DNA from: a virus
Length of the DNA: 64,000 nt
Direction: 5' to 3' (one strand)
IMG/VR virus record: IMGVR_UViG_3300024262_000017
Span: 58,546 to 122,545 of that record
Part shown: positions 57,787 through 64,000 of the stretch, in pieces
Layout of the letters: every line of letters begins with the position of its first letter
Position numbering within the stretch: the stretch's first letter is position 1
Position numbers and translations under genes: made by a program
Notes under the pieces: model-generated
Seen by the model: the letters and a program-made list of their open reading frames with translations, nothing else
Told to the model about the DNA's origin: nothing
Databases searched by the model: none

Positions 57787-58604
57787 ACGCAATCGATAAG
57801 GCTTATCAAAGTGGTGTTGAAACCTGCTACTTGGAAAAAGTTGGTGATGTTGGCGAGCGAATTGTAGGAGGTCTGGGAGGAGCACTAGCAGGTACTATAG
57901 CCGGACGCGTGGCAGGCCATAATCTGTCACGGCCGAGTAAAGGCCTCTTCTCAGACACCAACAACCAAGAACGCGACAGTTTGATAGGTGCGTTGGCGGG
58001 TGGTGGCGCCTTAGGCGCCTTAGGCGCAGCGTCTCCACTGTTGGGTGGTACCATCGGCGGCGCAAGCTTGGGCAGTATAATCGGAAGATATGGTGGAAGA
58101 GGTCTCGGTAGAGTCCTTGGTGACCTTCGAACGATGAATGCTGCAGAAAATATAGGCAATCTCCTCGGCGTAGTAGGCGGTGGTGTCGCCGGGTACAAGG
58201 GAATGGAAGCACTGCGTGGCGCGGAGAAGACATCGAGTCATATCGGCACCGGTGAGCGCGTCTTAGGTGGGCTTGGCGGCGCGTTAACCGGCGGCCTGAC
58301 TGGCGCACAAGCTGGGTTGGATTTGACACTGCTTGAGCCAGAAAAAGATACTCGTTACGGGTTGATTGGTGGCGGACTCGGAGCGCTCGGGGGCGGAGCA
58401 CTCGGTGCTTATGCTCCCCTACTGGGTGGCACAGCCGGGAGTGGTGTGCTGGGTGGAGCCCTTGGAAACTTTGCCGGCTCCGAGATTACACGGCAGCTCG
58501 GACGTGGGAACGACAGTGATGCGGGAGGAATGATAGGCAAGCTTTTAGGAACTATTGGCGGCGGCGTGGCTGGCTATCATGGGATGAAGGCACTACGGGA
58601 TTAA
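57783..58604 (+). CDS. Gly-zipper protein with two modules, AYxxG-leader family
   Basis: KAYQSGVETCYLEKVG leader. Two ~120-aa modules separated by EKTS. Confidence 0.8.
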   Translation: MNAIDKAYQSGVETCYLEKVGDVGERIVGGLGGALAGTIAGRVAGHNLSRPSKGLFSDTNNQERDSLIGALAGGGALGALGAASPLLGGTIGGASLGSIIGRYGGRGLGRVLGDLRTMNAAENIGNLLGVVGGGVAGYKGMEALRGAEKTSSHIGTGERVLGGLGGALTGGLTGAQAGLDLTLLEPEKDTRYGLIGGGLGALGGGALGAYAPLLGGTAGSGVLGGALGNFAGSEITRQLGRGNDSDAGGMIGKLLGTIGGGVAGYHGMKALRD

Positions 58605-58703
58605 CCTGGGTCAAACGACACCAGTGCGACATCGCATGTTCTTGGTAGTCTTGGTGGTGGCTATGGTGGCTACAAAATGATGGATTCTCTGCGAAAGGAT
58701 TAG
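58605..58703 (+). pseudogene. Remnant of a Gly-zipper paralogue
   Basis: In frame after the TAA: SNDTSATSHVLG..GGYGGYKMMDSLRKD*, matching the start of the 59009 module and the family C-terminus. Confidence 0.55.
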
Positions 58704-58706
58704 GAC

Positions 58707-58982
58707 ATGAACGACAGCTATGAACTCGGTGTGAAGCTGGCGATGGTGGATGCTGGCTTGGTTTCAATGAACGACGTGACGAAGCGGGCCAGCACTGGTG
58801 GTGCAGTCGGAGGTGGTTTGGCCGGTGGTATCGGGGGTCTCGGCTTGGGTGCGTTGTTGGGACAGCACTTAGGAAGAGACAAAGGTGAAGAGGAACAAGG
58901 CTTGTTGACCGCCCTTGGTGCGTTGGGCGGTGGTGGTATTGGTGCCCTGGGTGGAGCAGCGCTGGGCAATAAGGCACTGTAA
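58707..58982 (+). CDS. Gly-zipper protein, AYxxG-leader family
   Basis: DSYELGVKLAMVDAGL...TKRAS. Confidence 0.8.
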   Translation: MNDSYELGVKLAMVDAGLVSMNDVTKRASTGGAVGGGLAGGIGGLGLGALLGQHLGRDKGEEEQGLLTALGALGGGGIGALGGAALGNKAL

Positions 58983-59008
58983 AACAGTTCAACTCAGAGG
59001 AGTTGGCC

Positions 59009-59533
59009 ATGTCCGTGTTCGACGAAGCCTACGCCTTAGGCAAACGGGCGTGCTTTTTGAAATGTGCTGGTGTTGAAACTGAATCAAACGGCACCAGTGC
59101 TACATCCCGTGTCCTGGGTGGGTTGCTTGGTGGTCTTGGTGGAGGTGCTCTTGGTGCCGGTGCTTACCAAGCTGTGAAGATGCCATCTTCGATATCTGGT
59201 GTGCCCACAAGCATTCGGCGAAGGTTTGAACGGCACATTCACCGAGACAATATTCGGAAGCCCAATAGGGAAAGTCAGATGGCTACTGGTGCCGGCGCGG
59301 TTGGCGGTGGTGCGTTGGGTGCTTTGGCGCCCAGGGTGGGCGGTGCGCTGGGTGGTACCGTGTTTGGTGGTCTGCTTGGCAGCCATGCCGGCGGGGAACT
59401 TGGGCGGATGATTTCGGAAAAGATGCTGTGGAACGACATCAAAGGTGAACAGATTGGTGCGCTGGCAGGCACTGGACTCGGGGCGCTGACTGGTGGACTT
59501 GGTGGCTATCACGGACTGAAGGCCTTGGAGTAG
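59009..59533 (+). CDS. Gly-zipper protein, AYxxG-leader family
   Basis: EAYALGKRACFLKCAG leader, C-terminal GGYHGLKALE. Confidence 0.8.
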   Translation: MSVFDEAYALGKRACFLKCAGVETESNGTSATSRVLGGLLGGLGGGALGAGAYQAVKMPSSISGVPTSIRRRFERHIHRDNIRKPNRESQMATGAGAVGGGALGALAPRVGGALGGTVFGGLLGSHAGGELGRMISEKMLWNDIKGEQIGALAGTGLGALTGGLGGYHGLKALE

Positions 59534-59535
59534 AC

Positions 59536-60705
59536 ATGAACTCCCTTACTGAAGCGTATCAAAGAGGCATTGAAGCTTGCTACGCAGAAAAGGTAGGGAG
59601 TGTCAACTTTCCAAAAACAGCAGCCCTGTATCATGGATCCCCAGAGAAGATAGACAAGCTGGAACCGCGTAACTACCACGGCGACCCTAAAGTCCCTGCG
59701 GCGGTGTTTGCGTCGCCGTCACGTGAGTTTGCGCTGGCATATTCCGGGGGCAAGTGGGGAGATAGAGATATCGAGCAGGGTACGCACTCAGAGACAGACG
59801 ATTTTAGTGACGCGCGCATTGACTTGCGAGAGATGCATCCCGGGGCATTCGAAGAAACGTTCCAACGCCCAGGGTACATGTATGAGCTCCCCGCGGAAAG
59901 CTTCACAGCTTCGCCTCGACATGGAACGCCTTGGGAACAAGTCAGCTCTACTGCTGTGATTCCTGAACGCGTAAGGAAAATAAAAAACGTAGCGAGAGCA
60001 CTGCAGGCTGCTAAGAACATACGGATGCTTCCTTATGATGAAGAAGAAAGCCGCAGGCTCATGCTTAGTGACCGGCGCATAAAGAGACTCATGGAGCTGT
60101 CGCCGGCTGATAGGGAAGATTATTTATCTTGGTATGCCGAGAAGACGCCGCCTGCACTCATGCCTGACTTAGAAAAACTCAGGGAGCGGGTCAGTGTTGC
60201 TAAGACAGCAGCGCTCGCAACGCGCCCCCGCGCTGAGTTGTTTGCACGAAAAGACGGCAAGATACTGTCAGGGCTATTCCCGCAGCAGGGAATAGGTGTG
60301 TACGGTGGCGGTGTTGACCCAGGTGAAGACCCGGCCGAGGCAGCTCGCAGGGAGTTTCTTGAGGAAGCCGGATACAACGTAGAGAACGTAAGGCCTATCG
60401 ACGTTCCAGCCTTTAGGCAGCGCTGGTTGAAAGCGCACAGCTCTCCGAAGCAACTCCGGCGAAAAGAGGAGTTTCCCGGAGGGACCCTGACTCGTGCCTA
60501 CGTGGGTGACATCGTAGGAGACAAACAGGGCCTCGGTGAGGACCACTCTTCTTGGCTCAAAGATGTGCAGTTCCGGCCGGTAGATGAACTACTGGATATT
60601 CAGCGCGGGTCTTTGAACGTAGGGACACCACCTGAACGCAGGCTACGTGATTATCGTTTACAGGTACTGGAAGCCCTCAAAATGATGGACGAAAAAAGAA
60701 CTTGA
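59536..60705 (+). CDS. AYxxG-leader polyprotein: ADP-ribosyltransferase-like domain + Nudix hydrolase
   Basis: LYHGS...VFASPS..FALAY...GYMYEL (Arr-like ART pattern) and Nudix box GGVDPGEDPAEAARREFLEEAG. KTAAL precedes each domain. Confidence 0.78.
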   Translation: MNSLTEAYQRGIEACYAEKVGSVNFPKTAALYHGSPEKIDKLEPRNYHGDPKVPAAVFASPSREFALAYSGGKWGDRDIEQGTHSETDDFSDARIDLREMHPGAFEETFQRPGYMYELPAESFTASPRHGTPWEQVSSTAVIPERVRKIKNVARALQAAKNIRMLPYDEEESRRLMLSDRRIKRLMELSPADREDYLSWYAEKTPPALMPDLEKLRERVSVAKTAALATRPRAELFARKDGKILSGLFPQQGIGVYGGGVDPGEDPAEAARREFLEEAGYNVENVRPIDVPAFRQRWLKAHSSPKQLRRKEEFPGGTLTRAYVGDIVGDKQGLGEDHSSWLKDVQFRPVDELLDIQRGSLNVGTPPERRLRDYRLQVLEALKMMDEKRT

Positions 60706-60730
60706 CGTTTTCGTAGAATGGCATTATCTT
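60702..60730 (+). promoter_or_regulatory. Sigma70-like promoter
   Basis: TTGACG-N17-TATCTT. Confidence 0.6.
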
Positions 60731-60736
60731 TGTGAG

Positions 60737-61181
60737 CTCATGACAAAGAATCGCAAGCAGCCAGGTACGCTCAACACCACGGATGGGCATAGCCCTCCTT
60801 GCCCCTGTGGTGGCTGCACAACAACGCACAAGGTTGATGAACAATGTGGGAGCATGGTGTGGCTCGGCCAGCTACTCTCCGGGGCTGGTAGGGGCACACC
60901 TGGTAGGCCGGGACGTGGGGCAGCAACGTTGTCCTCAGCTGAGAGGCTGAAGGCCCTCACAACGATGCAATGCTCTGTAGGACCTCGAAGACCTGCTGTG
61001 AGGAATTTGAGGAATGTCCTGGTAACCCCGCCTACATCGCCAGCATCGCCTGCGTGGCGGGAGGGGCTTCATGTTTAGCTCCGACCGACCCCGTTGCGTG
61101 GTTGCGTGGCAACAGCGAAACCTGGTTGAACTTGCGGTAAGGCATGAGAATGAGGTAACTCCTTGTTCTCATGCCTTTTTT
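60737..61181 (+). ncRNA. Unknown ~440-nt structured RNA
   Basis: Bounded by a promoter and terminator. Nested GC-rich stems with G-U pairs and no convincing ORF/SD. Confidence 0.55.
61139..61181 (+). terminator. Intrinsic terminator
   Basis: AAGGCATGAGAA/TTCTCATGCCTT plus T-run. Confidence 0.85.
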
Positions 61182-61246
61182 GTATCTACTCCCCAAAATG
61201 GGTGTGACAAAGTGGCGCGATTTGGTCAAAACGCCATGGATTTTTC

Positions 61247-61653
61247 AAAAACGCATTATCAGGTAGTTAGGAGCAACTGACACTAAAAGTGCCCGGTCGC
61301 TAATATAAAATAACCCACCGAATCTGAAGCACAATCGACCTCACCCCGAGAAGTATCGTGTGAAGCGCCAAATACCCCCATATATTTGAATTGTGACCCC
61401 TGTAAAGGTATGGTCACATATTGTAATGTAGTGTAGGGTGAGGTATGGGGAGAGGTGTGCATGACGTATAAGGAAAGGTAGGATATTATCTCACAAAAAA
61501 GAAAAAACGTGCTCACATACATGTATATATTTGGCGCTTCCCAGGATAATTCTCGGGGTGAGGTAAAATATATATATATATAGGGGACTTAGGTTTTTAG
61601 CGAACAGGGCACTTTTCATTTTTCCTGCTGTAAGTACCTGAAACTGCGTTTTT
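61247..61653. repeat. Large imperfect inverted repeat (candidate origin/cruciform)
   Basis: Nested matched arms of 9, 7, 10, 7, 15 and 13 bp, including a (TA)n tract. Confidence 0.75.
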
Positions 61654-62230
61654 GTCAAATTTTTGAGGGGGGGTGTTTTCGTCACTCAAAGTGTTGCAAT
61701 CGGTATACACTCGTACCTTTTCCTACACTACTTTGTGACACGCTTCTACTTATTCGTGACACGATAGTGCCATACATTTGGGTTTGTGTTACCTTCTTCC
61801 TGTTTCGTGACACGATTTAGGGGTAAGGGTAGCCGGGAGGGTCATGAACTTTGAAGCGAAGCCACTATTCCCCGGGCGGGAAGGGCAGGCTCTGCTCCCA
61901 GGAAGCTTGGAGGGCTGGGTTCAACCAAAGGGGCTTGCCAGCCGGTCAGCTCAGCAGAGGGCTCCTACGCAGCTCAGAGAGCGAGTAACACGATTGTATG
62001 GTCACCTATGGCCACGCAGGCAATGTTGGCGACCCTGAAGAGGAGCAAAGTTCTCCGGGTCGAAGGATTGACGCAGTGCGTAACGTACCTTTGCTTACAG
62101 TGTGCTACAGTGTGCTACACTGTTTACACCGTGAGCGTCGCCAGCGTTGCCGGCGTGGTCAGCCAGGGTAGGTCATGGTTGACCCAGTGGAAATAATACA
62201 GTACCAACATAAACCAGGAGGAGGTGAACG

Positions 62231-62521
62231 ATGAACCGCGGTTACGGCTGGTCAGCAGTGGAGTGGATGTTTTGTTTCGTGGTATCAGCTGCACTTATAG
62301 GAGGCATCATTGCTCTCCTCTACAATGGTAATGGTAGTGGAGACCCAGCGCAGACGGAGCAGGCCACGCGGGATGTTCTCCCAGGAAAGGTGAGCGTTGT
62401 TTGCATTGAGGGCTTTGAGTATCTCTACGTGCAGAGCAAATGGGAGCACCGTTCCCGGGCAGGCCTGGCTCCGAAGTGGGACAAAGAAGGGAAGCCTTCA
62501 AGGTGTCGAGCTGAGAAGTGA
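62231..62521 (+). CDS. Small membrane-anchored protein
   Basis: SD AGGAGG, N-terminal TM, VVCIEG..YL...GLAP...C pattern. Confidence 0.68.
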   Translation: MNRGYGWSAVEWMFCFVVSAALIGGIIALLYNGNGSGDPAQTEQATRDVLPGKVSVVCIEGFEYLYVQSKWEHRSRAGLAPKWDKEGKPSRCRAEK

Positions 62522-62528
62522 AAGGCTA

Positions 62529-62897
62529 TTAGATAGCGCGGCTTACAACATTGAGGTTGTTCGAGGGGTCACCCAGGCTGAAGCCATATCCACCACCCTC
62601 AGCAGGTGCTGGTGCTTTCAATTGTGGTCTTGGGCCTGCGCCTAAACGAAGATTGCGGCTATTCTTCAAGCGTTTCAGTGCAGCACCACCAAGGGCACCC
62701 AGGCCGGCGCCGCCGACACCGCCGAGCAATGCACGTTGAAGCATCTTACCCTCGGGTGCCGTGGCAGCACCAATACCACCACCGAGAGCAGCGCCACCGA
62801 GTGCATGGGCCAGCATGGGCTTCAATGCCCCCTCTTTCATGAGACCTGCATCGACCATTGCGATTTTGATACCGAGTTCATAAGCGGGATTGTTCAT
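62529..62897 (-). CDS. Gly-zipper protein, AYxxG-leader family
   Basis: PAYELGIKIAMVDAGLMKEGA. Confidence 0.78.
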   Translation of the reverse strand: MNNPAYELGIKIAMVDAGLMKEGALKPMLAHALGGAALGGGIGAATAPEGKMLQRALLGGVGGAGLGALGGAALKRLKNSRNLRLGAGPRPQLKAPAPAEGGGYGFSLGDPSNNLNVVSRAI

Positions 62898-62921
62898 TGT
62901 AGTTGTTCTCCTGTTTTAGAC

Positions 62922-63335
62922 TTAGGGGTTTAACGGACTACGTGACCTGTTGACGCCGCGAGAAACGGATTTGCCACCTGCAGCACCCATCAAAGCCGGC
63001 AGCGCAACAGAAGACGCGCCCAGTGTACCAAGGCCACCTAGTCCGTAAGCAAGTGCTTTTCCTTTTGTGCCTTGCCTTGCAGCATTTACACCCATACGCA
63101 TTAGCCCAGCTGCAGGTTCGAAACCTGCGTGCCCCAATGTAGCGCCACCGATGGCACCCAATGTGCCACCACCAAGTGCACCGGTAATCCGGTTGCCTTC
63201 TCCAGAAGCGAGAGCTCCGGAAAGAGCACCAACACCCCCACCTAAGAGTGCTCTGTGTAACCCACTCGATTCTTTGACAAGGCCGGCATCGACCATCGCA
63301 CACTGAACACCGTATTCGTAGGCTTCTTTGAGCAT
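62922..63335 (-). CDS. Gly-zipper protein, AYxxG-leader family
   Basis: EAYEYGVQCAMVDAGLVKESS. Confidence 0.78.
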   Translation of the reverse strand: MLKEAYEYGVQCAMVDAGLVKESSGLHRALLGGGVGALSGALASGEGNRITGALGGGTLGAIGGATLGHAGFEPAAGLMRMGVNAARQGTKGKALAYGLGGLGTLGASSVALPALMGAAGGKSVSRGVNRSRSPLNP

Positions 63336-63378
63336 TGTAGTTGTTTTCCTTTTCGCACAAATCTTAGGAGGTTTTCTG

Positions 63379-63873
63379 ATGAATGACAACCTGATTGTTT
63401 GCGACACACCTGACAAGATTCACATGTTCAGCCTGTTATCGATGAAGGGCCGGCTGAAGCTGGAGATGAAGGGACTGCGCTTCAAGCCTATCCAGGGGCA
63501 GAGCACTGCAAGCGTTGTCAAGAAGATGTTTGGGCTAAAAAAAGGCTGCCGCAATGAAAAAGCACTAGCGATGCTGGAAGCTGAAATCGAGCGGCTACAA
63601 AACGTGAAAGAAGAGAAAGAGGAAGAACCAGTAGAAGCGCTACCGTTGCGACGAGTACCTTTATATAAGCAGTTTGTGGGTGCCACAGTGACTGAGGTTT
63701 CTCAGGTTCCCTCGACCGTTGTTGGAGGCGTTACTCTGCTATTCACGCTGAAGAAGTCTACGAAAGAACAGGGTATCGTAGAGACACGTATCACCGTCTA
63801 CACTGACAACCATGATGTTCAAGAAGGGGTAGACTATCACGTTTACACTGAAACTGGAGGGGATGATGGATGA
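63379..63873 (+). CDS. Hypothetical protein
   Basis: SD AGGAGG, start MNDNLIV. Confidence 0.65.
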   Translation: MNDNLIVCDTPDKIHMFSLLSMKGRLKLEMKGLRFKPIQGQSTASVVKKMFGLKKGCRNEKALAMLEAEIERLQNVKEEKEEEPVEALPLRRVPLYKQFVGATVTEVSQVPSTVVGGVTLLFTLKKSTKEQGIVETRITVYTDNHDVQEGVDYHVYTETGGDDG

Positions 63874-64000
63874 TTATAAACTCAACAAGGCACAACTTTT
63901 GGAGAAGATGAAGGCCAATTCAGGAGTGTACTTGAGTGAAGTCACGCCTGAATTGTTGGACGAGGCTGGGCTGTGGGCATGTGTTGCGCTGTTGCCCAAG
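63866..64000 (+). CDS. Partial ORF running off the window end
   Basis: SD GGAGG, MDDYKLNKAQ... open to the end. Confidence 0.5.
   Translation, partial: MDDYKLNKAQLLEKMKANSGVYLSEVTPELLDEAGLWACVALLPK

Noticed and set aside
61008-61122. RNase P RNA (GAGGAATGTCC and GCAACAG resemble conserved RNase P segments)
   Set aside because: No 3' P4 partner or ACAGAA..CGGCUUA-like end before the terminator, and the segment is too short.
60724-62196. Short ORFs across the ncRNA/inverted-repeat region
   Set aside because: No convincing RBS or protein-like features. The region is dominated by dyad symmetry.
1-64000. tRNA/tmRNA/rRNA genes and stop-codon recoding
   Set aside because: No cloverleaf with T-loop/CCA recognised by eye (tRNAscan-SE or ARAGORN would settle it). 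Long genes are intact in code 11 and TAA, TAG and TGA all serve as stops.

Overview
This window is a 64-kb segment of a large (jumbo-type) contractile-tailed phage read in the standard genetic code. Most virion genes are on the minus strand: GpA-type terminase large subunit, tail fibre, baseplate J/gp25-like proteins, tail amidase, tape measure, and tail chaperones joined by a -1 frameshift. A sigma factor sits among them. The plus strand carries a MoxR AAA ATPase and VWA pair, a retron-type reverse transcriptase, RuvC-like resolvase, TSCPD domain, family-4 UDG, DinG helicase, a methyltransferase and many small hypotheticals. Main finding: the retron-type RT (8103-9149) has no msr-msd next to it. 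Instead there are at least 6-7 sequence-divergent, structurally stereotyped retron-like ncRNA units elsewhere, in tandem arrays at about 163-545 and 44939-45607, plus one at 46817-47014. The typical unit is closed by an inverted repeat with the junction TA-G...CG-TA, and most carry a G[WNA]C triloop stem and a long variable msd-like hairpin. This suggests one RT acting in trans on a multiplexed msDNA-template array. Other notable items are a family of 9 proteins (8 Gly-zipper, 1 ART+Nudix polyprotein) with a shared AYxxG leader and K-x-[AGS] putative cleavage site, a ~440-nt promoter/terminator-bounded structured RNA, and a 400-bp inverted repeat (candidate origin). All structures were read by eye; no folding software or database searches were run.
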